Positions 9,073 to 18,499 are shown, counted from the whole stretch's first letter. The stretch: 62,340 bases of DNA, filler included, from 5 parts of 5 records of this genome joined end to end with filler, not necessarily neighbours in it; one strand, 5' to 3'. The notes: generated by a model from the letters alone, not told the origin. A program made the numbers and translations.

Positions 9073-10253
9073 ACCCCGGGTATTTTTGTCCGGCAGTTGA
9101 AACAGGCGCCGCCTTGCAGTTTGTTTTCAAGCACTTTGAAGCCAAGCCGTTTGATGATTGTCTTTCCGCAGCTGGGACAATAGGTGTGATTGGCCGAGTG
9201 CGGGGCCATGTTGGATATGTATACGTATTTCAAACCGGCCTCATGGCCGATATCAACGGCCTGTTCCAAAGTCGATTGAGGGGTGGGAGGCAGCCTTCGC
9301 AATTTGAATTGCGGATCAAATCGCTCCAGGTGCCAGGGCGTGTCAGAACCGAGGTTCTTACTTATCCAGCGGGCTATTTTTTTTAGCGAGCTTATATCAT
9401 CGTTCAAAGTCGGGACTATCAGGGTGGCGACTTCCAGCCACACGCCTTCTTCCCTGGCCAGGATCATTGAATCCAACACCGGCGCCAGCGAACCCTGGAC
9501 GACTTTCCGGTAAAAATCTTCGTCCGCTCCTTTAAAAGTGATGGTTACGGCTTCAAAATGGTTTAGCAGTTTTTTGAAAGGTTTTGAATTAATGTATCCG
9601 GCGGTGCAGAGAGTTCGAAAAAGCCCGCGCTCTCCGCAGAACTGAGCAAAATCGGTTGTAAATTCAGGGCAATAATCTGCTTCGGTATATGTAAAGCTGA
9701 TGCCGCCGATTTTTCTGGCCTTGATGCGGCCGGCCATTTCATCAAAATTGAAAGGTTCTATATTGCGGGTCTGGAGCGGGCTTTTTTGTGAAAACTGCCA
9801 GTTCTGGCAGTAAAGACACCTGAGATTGCACCCGGCATGGGCAATGGACAATACTTCCATTTCCGGGCGAAAATGAGAAAGCGGTCCCTTGCCGACCGGA
9901 TCGATATTAAGCACGCAAGGCCGGCCGTACGCATGGGTTACGAGCTTTCCGTTGATATTCTGCCGGCCCCGGCAAAAGCCGGATCGGCCCGGACCCAGTT
10001 TTTCATTTCTTGGGCATAAACGGCAAATGACGTCGCGACTGCCGGGAATTTTTTCATAATACCAGGCTTCGACCGGGGCGGAAAGTTTGGATGCGCCGTA
10101 GACAATGCCGTCCACTTTTACCGGGCCGAAGATATCAAGGGCTTTCAGGGCTATGGGCGCCAGGGCCGCGGTTAGGCCCAACTTGCCAAGATGTTTAATA
10201 AATAAGCGCCGTTCGGCGGCATCCGTTGTTTTATCTGCTGACATTCTGACCAT
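9063..10253 (-). CDS. amrS: AmmeMemoRadiSam-type radical SAM enzyme with N-terminal twin-arginine-like signal
   Basis: CNLRCLYC radical SAM motif followed by QNW; IDPVGKGPLSHF; TPWHLERF; YVYISN; TYCPSC and CFNC Cys pairs; ERRLFIK plus hydrophobic stretch at the N-terminus. Confidence 0.85.
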   Translation of the reverse strand: MVRMSADKTTDAAERRLFIKHLGKLGLTAALAPIALKALDIFGPVKVDGIVYGASKLSAPVEAWYYEKIPGSRDVICRLCPRNEKLGPGRSGFCRGRQNINGKLVTHAYGRPCVLNIDPVGKGPLSHFRPEMEVLSIAHAGCNLRCLYCQNWQFSQKSPLQTRNIEPFNFDEMAGRIKARKIGGISFTYTEADYCPEFTTDFAQFCGERGLFRTLCTAGYINSKPFKKLLNHFEAVTITFKGADEDFYRKVVQGSLAPVLDSMILAREEGVWLEVATLIVPTLNDDISSLKKIARWISKNLGSDTPWHLERFDPQFKLRRLPPTPQSTLEQAVDIGHEAGLKYVYISNMAPHSANHTYCPSCGKTIIKRLGFKVLENKLQGGACFNCRTKIPGVWG

Positions 10254-10282
10254 TCCATCGCCTGTTTTTTTTAAAATAATAA

Positions 10283-11206
10283 CTATCTCAGTCTTTCTTG
10301 CAGAATGGGAATTATCCTTTTATCAAGAAAATACCGCCCCAACTTGCTCACCTTGGGGCGTTTCTGCATTGGTTTCCGTTTTTCCATCTGTTCGCGTAAC
10401 GAATCGAGTTTGTCTTCCGGTTTTAATTCCGAAGCCAGGTTCTCTTTTTCCATTTCAAAATCCATATCGGACATTGACCTGATCTTTTCCAGCAGCGTAA
10501 GGAGTCGCTCTTTTTCCCGCGCCATTTCTTCTTCGGTCATTTTGAATCTATGTTTGTTGATACGCTCAAGATGACGACCTATTAATTCTTCATTTCTTTG
10601 TTTCCAGGTTTCTTCGGGTATTTCTCTAATGCGTCTCATTATTCGAATCGAACCTTCATTTGAAGAAGCCTGGCCGGCCCGGACAGGATTTTTCAGATCT
10701 TTGGGCGGAATCAGGCAGGGTTTGAATGTTTCAACCACCTGGACCTGTTCCGGCGACAGGATCCGCCGGATTTGGTCTTCAAGGCCTGCATATTTTTTTG
10801 TAAGGTCCCTGCTTATCTGGTTTTGCAATTCCTTGATCTTATTATTAGCCATTACCGCCTGTTTGGGGATTTCTCCCCTGGCCGGGGCGCCTTTTTGAAT
10901 TTCGGCTTTTAACATTTTAAAACTTTTTTCAGCTTCATTTAAGGCGTTCATGACATCGGAAGAGCCCAATGTCGCCTCATTCGTGTATTGTTCGGCTTTT
11001 TTGGCGACTTCAACAAGGCTGGTCATCTGGTCCCTGGTCAGATTAAGCCCATTGATAAGGTTAATGGTTGAAATATCGGCAAATAGTTCCCGGACCCGCT
11101 GACCGGCTTCGCCAAAAGCATTATGCCTGACCGCGGCCGCGGCCTGCCCGGCAGCCATCATAATTACTATGAAGCAAACAATGATTAACAAACCTGTTTT
11201 TTTCAT
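10283..11206 (-). CDS. exported alpha-helical protein with LTxxQ-like motifs (Spy/CpxP-like)
   Basis: Start reassigned to ATG 11206 (GAGGTGG SD); signal peptide ending AAGQAAAA; LNLTRDQ and ILSPEQ motifs; highly charged helical composition. Confidence 0.65.
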   Translation of the reverse strand: MKKTGLLIIVCFIVIMMAAGQAAAAVRHNAFGEAGQRVRELFADISTINLINGLNLTRDQMTSLVEVAKKAEQYTNEATLGSSDVMNALNEAEKSFKMLKAEIQKGAPARGEIPKQAVMANNKIKELQNQISRDLTKKYAGLEDQIRRILSPEQVQVVETFKPCLIPPKDLKNPVRAGQASSNEGSIRIMRRIREIPEETWKQRNEELIGRHLERINKHRFKMTEEEMAREKERLLTLLEKIRSMSDMDFEMEKENLASELKPEDKLDSLREQMEKRKPMQKRPKVSKLGRYFLDKRIIPILQERLR

Positions 11207-11357
11207 TTTGCCACCTCTTTGATTCAAAAGGCTATCAGTGATTTTATCATATTTCAGACAATCCTTTTTGCCGGTATTCCGCCTTTGTCATTACAAGCCT
11301 CAGTCAGGCGAAGACGCCGGGCAATTTTGCTAAAAGACAGATGACGGCAACCTTACC

Positions 11358-11420
11358 GCAGGAGCGATTCGCGAACCGCCCGTATCAGGCAAGCAGAAGG
11401 ACGTCATGGCCGCTTGCCTG
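11358..11420. repeat. degenerate REP-like palindrome plus adjacent inverted repeat
   Basis: GCAG-GAGCGATTCGCGAACCGCCC-GTA (11358-11384); CAGGCAAGC...GCTTGCCTG (11386-11420). Confidence 0.4.
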
Positions 11421-11657
11421 CCATACCTATGAACGCCTGTCTGTATGTTTGAGAATATCCATACACTCGCCTAATATAATCTTTAAAACGCACCCGCCCG
11501 GAATACGTTGACATGCAAGGATATAAAATACGCCTCAGTTACCTGTAAAAAGCATGGAGCTACTGCACAACATACATATATTATTAAAAATATCACCACT
11601 CGCCCATGATAATTGCAGTTGTAATTTTTTCTGCTTGACAGTTACCCTGACGCGTTG

Positions 11658-11674
11658 TAATGGTCTAACCATTA
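11658..11674. promoter_or_regulatory. FadR/GntR-family operator (probable autoregulation)
   Basis: Perfect palindrome TAATGGT-CTA-ACCATTA matching the TGGT-N3-ACCA FadR-subfamily pattern; lies between TTGACA (11635-11640) and TATAAT (11673-11678), 43 nt upstream of the GntR gene. Confidence 0.75.
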
Positions 11675-11717
11675 TAATTATATTCAATGTATTGATAATT
11701 TATGGGCCAAAACTCAC

Positions 11718-12440
11718 ATGTTCACTAAAACCAGGCATAACCGCGTCTTTGAAGACGTTATAGAACAGGTCGAAGATGCTATCATCCGGGGCGATCTCAG
11801 ACCTGGCGATCGTTTGCCGGCGGAGCGCGATCTTCAAAAAATGCTTGATGTAGGACGGGGTACGCTGAGGGAATCTCTACGGGTGCTGGAGCAGAAAGGC
11901 CTGATAGAGATAAAAACCGGGGCCAAGGGCGGAATTTTTGTAAAAAAGATGTCGTCCAGGCAGGTGAGTGAAAGCCTGGCTTTTCTTCTCAGGTCCCAGC
12001 AGATATCCCTGGGGCATATGTCGCAGTTTCGAGAGGATTTGGAGGGCCTGATAGCAGCCCGGGCCGCGGTCAAAGTGACCGGGGAAGACCTGGAGGAACT
12101 GAGAGGCCTGTTGGAACATGCCGACGAGTGCCTCAAGGACGGAGTTGCACGGTGGGATGAATTCATGGAAGCCGACATGAATATTCATCTTGCCCTGGCC
12201 AGAATCGCGGACAATCCAATCCACAGCTTTTTTTTGGAAACAATTCATATAAATGCTCACAAGTATAATATTAATGTTTACCTGCCCCGGAAAGAGCATT
12301 TACTGATTTCGTGCTTTCAGGATTTGACCGATTTAATTGACGCCGTAGCTGAAGGCAGAGCCGATGACGCCCGGGATTTGACCAAGAGACATATCTCGAG
12401 ATTTACGAATTACATGAAAACGGAACTTCCCGCCGACTGA
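11718..12440 (+). CDS. GntR family (FadR subfamily) transcriptional regulator
   Basis: wHTH LRPGDRLPAERDL...VGRGTLRESLRVLEQKGLI...GAKGG; FCD domain with D-x-x-x-H...N-P. Confidence 0.93.
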   Translation: MFTKTRHNRVFEDVIEQVEDAIIRGDLRPGDRLPAERDLQKMLDVGRGTLRESLRVLEQKGLIEIKTGAKGGIFVKKMSSRQVSESLAFLLRSQQISLGHMSQFREDLEGLIAARAAVKVTGEDLEELRGLLEHADECLKDGVARWDEFMEADMNIHLALARIADNPIHSFFLETIHINAHKYNINVYLPRKEHLLISCFQDLTDLIDAVAEGRADDARDLTKRHISRFTNYMKTELPAD

Positions 12441-12455
12441 TATATGGTGTAGATA

Positions 12456-13424
12456 ATGTTGTGCATAAGCGAAAAAGACATTTTGAAGGCTGTCAGCCTT
12501 GATGAGATGCTGGACCTGGTGGAAGGCACGATGCGTTTTTATGAGACCAAGGATTTTTTGATGCCCATGCGGTATCACCTCGATTATGAAGGAAACACCC
12601 TGCTGCTCATGCCGTGCTTTACGCCAAAGGCTTATGGAACCAAGCTCGTTTCGCTTTTTCCGGAAAATGCATCCAAAAACAAGCCCATGATAAATGCGAT
12701 CGTGTTGCTGAATGACGGCGAGACAGGCGAGACAAAAGCCTTGATTAACGGACGGGTGGTTACGGCCATGCGAACGGCGGCGGTCGGCGGCGCCGGGGTC
12801 AGGCGGCTTTCACCCGAAAGACCCCATGCTTTGGGCATCGTGGGGGCTGGAGTCCAGGGACTGTGGCAGGCCAGGTTCGCGGCGACGGCCCGGCGCCTGA
12901 CCGGCATAACGGTATTTGACGCTCAACCTCATAAGTCTGAGGAATTTGTTGAAGAATTATCCAAGTTTATTCCCGGCCCGGCAATCAGTGCGGCAGCAAG
13001 CGTGGAAGAGCTGCTTGAAAAATCGGAAACCATAATTACGGCCACGACCTCGGAAAAACCGGTATTGCCGGACGATGCGGAACTGTTGAGAGGCAGACAT
13101 TTTGTAGGCATCGGATCGTACAAGCCGTCCATGCGGGAATTTCCGGAAACGCTTTTCAGGCTGACTGACAGGGTTTTTATAGACACGGAGCATGCGATTG
13201 ATGAAACCGGGGACCTGATCGATCCGTTGCGTGAAGGCTGGGTAAGCCGCGACCAGGTGCAAACCATGGGTTCGCTTTTGGAATCCGTGGAAGACCCGGC
13301 CCTGCTGCACAATGAAACCACGCTTTTCAAATCCGTGGGCATGGCCCTGTTTGACGTGGACGCAGCGGGATTGATATATCGTAAAGCCCTGGAAAAGGGC
13401 CTTGGACAGGAAGTTGATCTGTAA
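12456..13424 (+). CDS. ornithine cyclodeaminase / mu-crystallin family protein
   Basis: LLMP, TKLVSLFPEN, TAMRTAA, GIVGAGVQG, TATTS, IGSYKP, LFKSVGMALFD. Confidence 0.9.
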   Translation: MLCISEKDILKAVSLDEMLDLVEGTMRFYETKDFLMPMRYHLDYEGNTLLLMPCFTPKAYGTKLVSLFPENASKNKPMINAIVLLNDGETGETKALINGRVVTAMRTAAVGGAGVRRLSPERPHALGIVGAGVQGLWQARFAATARRLTGITVFDAQPHKSEEFVEELSKFIPGPAISAAASVEELLEKSETIITATTSEKPVLPDDAELLRGRHFVGIGSYKPSMREFPETLFRLTDRVFIDTEHAIDETGDLIDPLREGWVSRDQVQTMGSLLESVEDPALLHNETTLFKSVGMALFDVDAAGLIYRKALEKGLGQEVDL

Positions 13425-13684
13425 TTGAAGATGACAAGACAATATTTGTCAAGGGTATTAACAGGTTAGAAGCGCATACGGTTGGCGAGCCGGTGGAGGC
13501 GACTTGAGATAGCTTGATTCACGGAATTGCTTTTTAGCGGACGGCCGGAGAGACGGGTCGCCCGTGGATTTTCGTATAAAAAAGAATTGATGAAGGGATA
13601 TAAAAACCGGAGGCGGGCGGTCCGCGTCCGGAATATTTCCGTCTTGTCCATTCAAGACGCTTAGAAAAAGTCAAGGAGGAGAGT

Positions 13685-14654
13685 ATGAAGAAACTGTTTG
13701 TTTTGGCAATGGTTGCGGTAATGACCTGCATGTTGGCCGCGTCCGCGATGGCTGCTGATTTGAAGATCGGCATCATGGTTCCCACGACCGGTTCCGAAGC
13801 CACGTATGGCAAGGACATGGAAAACGCCATCAAGATGGCGGTGGAAGAGATTAACGCCAAGGGCGGCGTATTGGGCATGAAGATAGTTACAACAACGGGC
13901 GACGCGGCATGCGATCCTCAGCAAGCCACGGCCGCGGCCAACAAGCTGGTTTCGGAAGACGTGGTCGGCGTGGTCGGCGGGTATTGTTCCGGGGCGACCC
14001 TGCCCACCCTGAAGATTTACGGCGACGCCGGGGTGCCCATTGTTATTGCGGCGGCCAATTCGACCAAGCTTATCGGCGCCAATCCGGGCAACGGCTTCAT
14101 GATCAACAGCACTGGTTTTGACCAGGCCGACACGGCGGTCAGCCTTTTCAAGAAAAAAGGTTACAAAAAACTGGCCATTATCCACCAGGGCGACGGCTAT
14201 TCCGAGGACCTGGCCAAGCTGACCCAGAAAAAATGGACCGACATGGGCAATGAAGTTGTGGCCTTTGAAGTCGTCAACAAGGGCGAGCAGGATCATTCTT
14301 CCCTGGTGACCAGGATTAAATCCAAGGCTCCGGACGCGGTTTTCTGGACAGCCTATTACGCCGACGGCGCTTTGGTCATCAAGCAGCTTCGCCAGGGCGG
14401 ATTCATGAAGCAGATCGCGGTTGGCGACGGCTCCAATTCGCCTAAGCTCATGGAAATCGCCGGCCAGGCGGCTGAAGGCGTCTTCTGTTTTTCCAACCCG
14501 ACCGTGGAATATCTGCCCGCGGCCAAGGCTTTTGGCGACAATTATAAAAAGCAGTTTAAAATGGATCCCGGCCCCTATTCAGCTCTGGCCTATGACGGTA
14601 TGTACCTGATGGTGGACGCGATCAAAAGGGCGGGTAAGGCCGACAAGAAAGGCA
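13685..14654 (+). CDS. branched-chain amino acid-type ABC transporter substrate-binding protein (3'-truncated)
   Basis: AGGAGG SD; signal peptide; KIGIMVPTTG, EINAKGGVLG, DAACDP, GGYCSG, AYDG (LivJ/LivK fold). Confidence 0.9.
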
Positions 14655-14754
14655 NNNNNNNNNNNNNNNNNNNNNNNNNNNNNNNNNNNNNNNNNNNNTT
14701 AATTAATTAANNNNNNNNNNNNNNNNNNNNNNNNNNNNNNNNNNNNNNNNNNNN
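14655..14754. other. artificial contig-joining spacer
   Basis: 44 N + TTAATTAATTAA + 44 N. Confidence 0.98.
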
Positions 14755-14784
14755 TCGTAGGTTCGAATCCTGCCACCCCAGCCA
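14755..14784 (+). tRNA. 3' part of a tRNA, probably tRNA-Gln (truncated by contig start)
   Basis: T-arm GTAGG-TTCGAAT-CCTGC, acceptor 3' strand CACCCCA, discriminator G, encoded CCA. Implied 5' TGGGGTG is typical of tRNA-Gln; anticodon not visible. Confidence 0.7.
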
Positions 14785-14814
14785 GAGACTTCGCATTTGT
14801 GGAGTCTTTTTTTA
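14785..14814 (+). terminator. intrinsic terminator after tRNA
   Basis: AGACTTCGC-ATTT-GTGGAGTCT hairpin followed by a T run. Confidence 0.75.
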
Positions 14815-14948
14815 TTTCGAGAATCAAATATTAGTATATTCAGGGAGATAATTTGTGTATTTCAAATACATACGATGACAAAGATACAGTTTATAGTATA
14901 TAATTAGTATATAATTGATTACATATTAAGAACTAAGGGGGATATATT

Positions 14949-15875
14949 GTGCGTATAGTAAGAAATATTTTTTATGTAGTAAAGCAGTATGAAAGAGGCA
15001 TTCGGGAGACCTTTGGTAAATACTCAAAGTTTATTTATCCAGGACTTCGTGTGCAGTTTCCAGTAGTGCAGGTAACACGATTACGTGATGTGCGTGAACA
15101 TACAATGGACATTGCACCGCAGGAGGTTATTACAAAGGACAATGTTGAGATAAAAGTAGATGGTATTATGTGGGTTCGTCCTGACACATCAGAAATGTAT
15201 ATCAAAAGGACGTTCTATAATATCGACGATTGGAAGACAGCTGTTATGCAATTGGCACAAACAAATTTGAGGCAGGAATTTGGGCACTTAACATTGGACG
15301 AGAGTTTGATTGCAAGAGAAAAGATTGCAGATAATCTGCAGCTATCATTGGATCAAATGACAGACAGCTGGGGATTAAAGGTTACAAAGGTGGAGATTAA
15401 GTTGATTGATCCTCCTCATGATATCAAGGTTGCTATGCATAAGCAGAAAACTGCCGAGCAGGAACGCCGAGCAATGAGACTGCTTGCTAAAGGTAGACAT
15501 GAATCTGCTGAACAGGATAAGCTTGCTGCGATTCAATTAGCAGAGGGTAAACGTGAAGCAGAAATTATGGTTGCAGAGGGTAAGGCGAAGGCTATAGAGC
15601 TAGTAAATACTGCTGCGCAGACATATTTCCAGGGTAATGCCAAAGAGTTGAAGAAATGGGAAACTGTTGAGAACTCACTAAAGGATAATTCAAAGGTTAT
15701 AGTTACAAGTGATGGTATTAGTCCAAATCTATTTGTAGGCGATTTACCTGTGTCACCAAGGACACCTGATAAGAGACCAGACTTGGCACATCAAAGGCAT
15801 GCTCCAAATCAAAGAGTTACTGATAAAAACACTGAATTCAAAAAGGATTTTAAAAGGGGCAGCAATAATATTTAA
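14949..15875 (+). CDS. SPFH/stomatin (band 7, paraslipin-like) protein
   Basis: GTG start with AAGGGGGA SD; VKQYERG, PQEVITKDNV, WGLKVTKVEIK, AMHKQKTAEQERRA coiled coil. Confidence 0.88.
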   Translation: MRIVRNIFYVVKQYERGIRETFGKYSKFIYPGLRVQFPVVQVTRLRDVREHTMDIAPQEVITKDNVEIKVDGIMWVRPDTSEMYIKRTFYNIDDWKTAVMQLAQTNLRQEFGHLTLDESLIAREKIADNLQLSLDQMTDSWGLKVTKVEIKLIDPPHDIKVAMHKQKTAEQERRAMRLLAKGRHESAEQDKLAAIQLAEGKREAEIMVAEGKAKAIELVNTAAQTYFQGNAKELKKWETVENSLKDNSKVIVTSDGISPNLFVGDLPVSPRTPDKRPDLAHQRHAPNQRVTDKNTEFKKDFKRGSNNI

Positions 15876-15885
15876 TAAACGATTT

Positions 15886-15912
15886 AAGGCTGTATGATTA
15901 CAGTCTTTTTTT
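15886..15912 (+). terminator. intrinsic terminator
   Basis: AAGGCTGTA-TGAT-TACAGTCTT + T run. Confidence 0.75.
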
Positions 15913-16113
15913 GTGTGATAAAAATCGAATACAAGTCATATAAATGGTGTACTTAGACTAATCAACATTTATATGAAAAAAAATTAACACAAACAAAATA
16001 CATATGGTAATAAATAACTAGTATAACGGATAACATACTCTAGGGAGACTGGTATTAATTTCAGTGATATTTAGGGAAGCACAAATAGGTATTCTGTAAA
16101 GTTCATTCAAAAG

Positions 16114-16398
16114 ATGCAGGATAAGGGCATAATAAAGAACTATGATAGTGTTTACTGGATAGATAGAGAAGTATATAAAAAAGAAAAGAAGAGAGAAAAT
16201 ATTTTTTCTGTGATTATTGGAATTGTTGCAGTAGGTGCTGGTTTAGTGATATTATTCTATTTTCTAAAATTAGCATTTATAAGAGTTAGGGATGATACTA
16301 TTTGTATCTTTTTTATCTATATTGTAAGTTTGATTTTTAGTATTTATGTGAGCATTATTTTATACTATCTTGTTTGTATTTGCGTTGTTTTGCGATGA
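16114..16398 (+). CDS. small hypothetical membrane protein
   Basis: 94-aa ORF with two hydrophobic segments; no recognisable family, weak SD. Confidence 0.35.
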   Translation: MQDKGIIKNYDSVYWIDREVYKKEKKRENIFSVIIGIVAVGAGLVILFYFLKLAFIRVRDDTICIFFIYIVSLIFSIYVSIILYYLVCICVVLR

Positions 16399-16633
16399 TT
16401 ATTTGCTAAATATGTAGAGTAATGTTCATTTTGATTTATTACATTAGTATGGACTGTAAAAAACTTTTAATATATCACATATTTATATTCTATATTATTT
16501 TTAATATAAATTCTTTGTTATATATATGTAAATAATTGTAGTTATGTATAGCTATAGGTGAAATAATGTTGATATGTCAATAAATAATTGATAGAATGGT
16601 TAGGAACTTATTATTTTGAAAGTGGGAAGTTTT

Positions 16634-17908
16634 ATGAAAAACCGATTAACAAAAAAAGAACGCAGCTGGGTGCTATATGACTGCGGTAATTCTGCCTATT
16701 CAATGGCAATTACTACAGCATTATTACCTGTGTATTTTGCTATGTTCAAAGGTGGGGAAGGAATGGATTTGGGCTACTTCAACTCATTTGCAAGCATAAT
16801 AGTTGCTGTAATAAGCCCAATTTTAGGTACAATTGCAGATTACAAAGATGTAAAGAAAAGATTCTTTATCTTCTTTGCAATTTTGGGGATTATATTTACA
16901 GGTATGCTTGCAGTAGTACCAGATGGCCAATGGAAGCTGCTGATTCTATTCTATGTATTGACATGTGTAGGCTTTGCAGGCAGTAATATTTTCTATGATT
17001 CATTTCTAGTAGATGTTACAGAAGATGATAGAATGGACTCTGTTTCGACAAAAGGCTTTGCATTTGGTTATATTAGCAGTATTATACCTTTTGGTATCTG
17101 CTTAGCGATAGTTTTCTTACTTGGTATGGATAAGCATATTGGCTATCAGCTAGGCTTTGTTGTAACAGCACTATGGTGGGGATTATTCACTATTCCAATG
17201 ATTAGAAATGTTAATCAGGTTCACTATGTAGACAGAGAACCAAGACCTGTAGTAATGAGCTTTAAAAGACTAGGCAAGACATTTAAAAATATCAGAAAAT
17301 ACAAAATAGTTTTTGGCTTCCTTATTGCATATTTTCTATATATCGATGGTGTAGATACTATTATTAAGATGTGCGTACCATATGCACAGGGCACATTGGG
17401 ATTATCAAGCAGTGATACATTTATGCTTCTTGGTATATTGCTTGTAATACAAATAGTTGCATTTCCATGTGCAATTCTTTATGGTGTTTTGGCGAAAAAG
17501 CACGGTACAAGAAATATGATATTTGTAGGCATAATAACTTATATTATTGCATGTACTTATGCATTCTTTATGTCTGAATTGTGGCATGTATTTATTCTTG
17601 GGGTTTTGATTGGTTCTGCCCAGGGAGGTATTCAAGCACTGTCTAGATCATATTATGCGAAAATTATTCCTAAGAAGAATTCCAATGAATTTTTTGGCTT
17701 CTACAATGTATTTGGTAAATTTGCTGCAATCCTAGGACCTTTACTGATGGCTGCAACAGTTACAATAGGGCAAGCAGTAGGTATGGAATATATGAATGCA
17801 ACTAAAATAAGTATCTTTGCTGTAGTTCCTCTATTCTTGGCTGGACTGATAGCATTCTTGAGAATGCCAAGAGAGAGTGAAATTGAGGTTGCTGAAGAAG
17901 TTAATTAA
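16634..17908 (+). CDS. MFS transporter (Atg22/UMF1-like family)
   Basis: SWVLYDCGNSAY, SPILGTIAD, NIFYDSFL, YIDGVDT, QGGIQALSRS, EFFGFY..GKFAAILGP; ~12 TM; start moved to ATG 16634. Confidence 0.88.
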   Translation: MKNRLTKKERSWVLYDCGNSAYSMAITTALLPVYFAMFKGGEGMDLGYFNSFASIIVAVISPILGTIADYKDVKKRFFIFFAILGIIFTGMLAVVPDGQWKLLILFYVLTCVGFAGSNIFYDSFLVDVTEDDRMDSVSTKGFAFGYISSIIPFGICLAIVFLLGMDKHIGYQLGFVVTALWWGLFTIPMIRNVNQVHYVDREPRPVVMSFKRLGKTFKNIRKYKIVFGFLIAYFLYIDGVDTIIKMCVPYAQGTLGLSSSDTFMLLGILLVIQIVAFPCAILYGVLAKKHGTRNMIFVGIITYIIACTYAFFMSELWHVFILGVLIGSAQGGIQALSRSYYAKIIPKKNSNEFFGFYNVFGKFAAILGPLLMAATVTIGQAVGMEYMNATKISIFAVVPLFLAGLIAFLRMPRESEIEVAEEVN

Positions 17909-17933
17909 ACATACATTAACAAATAATGACTCT

Positions 17934-17959
17934 TTAAGACTGCTGCAGAGCAGTCTTAA
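17934..17959 (+). terminator. hairpin terminator after MFS gene
   Basis: TTAAGACTGCT-GCAG-AGCAGTCTTAA. Confidence 0.6.
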
Positions 17960-18003
17960 TTTATATATTAATATTGTAAAATTACTTAAAAACCGAATTA
18001 AAA

Positions 18004-18067
18004 ATACTTTACAAAACTAGTCGGATATGTTATCTTTATAACAATCCCAATAATTTTGGTAGGGTAT
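18004..18067 (+). promoter_or_regulatory. sigmaA promoter with overlapping IscR/Rrf2-type operator(s)
   Basis: TTTACA (18008-18013)-17 nt-TATCTT (18031-18036) with TG extension. 18004-18028 ATACTTTACAAAACTAGTCGGATAT matches 21/25 positions of the IscR type-1 consensus ATASYYGACTRWWWYAGTCRRSTAT by hand alignment; weaker copy (18/25) at 18043-18067. Confidence 0.65.
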
Positions 18068-18076
18068 GGTGATTAT

Positions 18077-18499
18077 TTGAGAATTTCTACAAAAGGCAGA
18101 TATGGCGTTAACGCTATGTTTATACTGGCACAATCTGCAGTGGATGAGCCTGTATCATTAAAAACTATTTCTAGTGACTTGAAAATGCCGATGCCGTATT
18201 TAGAGCAAATTATAATTAAACTTAGAAAAAGCGGCTTTATTAAGAGCATAAGAGGCTCAAAAGGCGGCTATATTCTTGCTATGCCGGCAGATGAAATCCT
18301 TATATATGATTTGTTAATAGTGCTTGAAGGTGAAATGGCTCCTGTAGAGTGCAAAAATCCAGAAACATGTGCTTCAACAGTAAAAGGCACATGTGCAGGA
18401 AGCTTGATTTGGAACAAGATATACAAAGCTATAAAGGATGCATTGTCTGGATATACATTGGGTGATATGGTGAATGAATATAATAAAAGATATAACTGA
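18077..18499 (+). CDS. iscR: Rrf2-family regulator, IscR-like
   Basis: Likely TTG start (MRISTKGRYG); YLEQI, SIRGSKGGY; three Cys (ECKNPETCASTVKGTC); heads the cysteine desulfurase/scaffold operon. Confidence 0.85.
   Translation: MRISTKGRYGVNAMFILAQSAVDEPVSLKTISSDLKMPMPYLEQIIIKLRKSGFIKSIRGSKGGYILAMPADEILIYDLLIVLEGEMAPVECKNPETCASTVKGTCAGSLIWNKIYKAIKDALSGYTLGDMVNEYNKRYN

Noticed and set aside
13540-13570. GGAGAGAC..GTCGCC resembling the start of a glycine riboswitch
   Set aside because: The required CCGAAG and CTCTCAGG elements are absent.
11834-14609. Many 60-210 aa ORFs, mostly antisense, inside contig B genes (likewise in contigs A, C, D, E)
   Set aside because: Shadow ORFs of well-supported genes, expected from codon bias; no independent motifs.
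14755-14784. tRNA 3' fragment as an att site of an integrated element
   Set aside because: It lies at the contig edge, is followed by a normal terminator, and no integrase or second copy is seen; an assembly break inside a tRNA is simpler.
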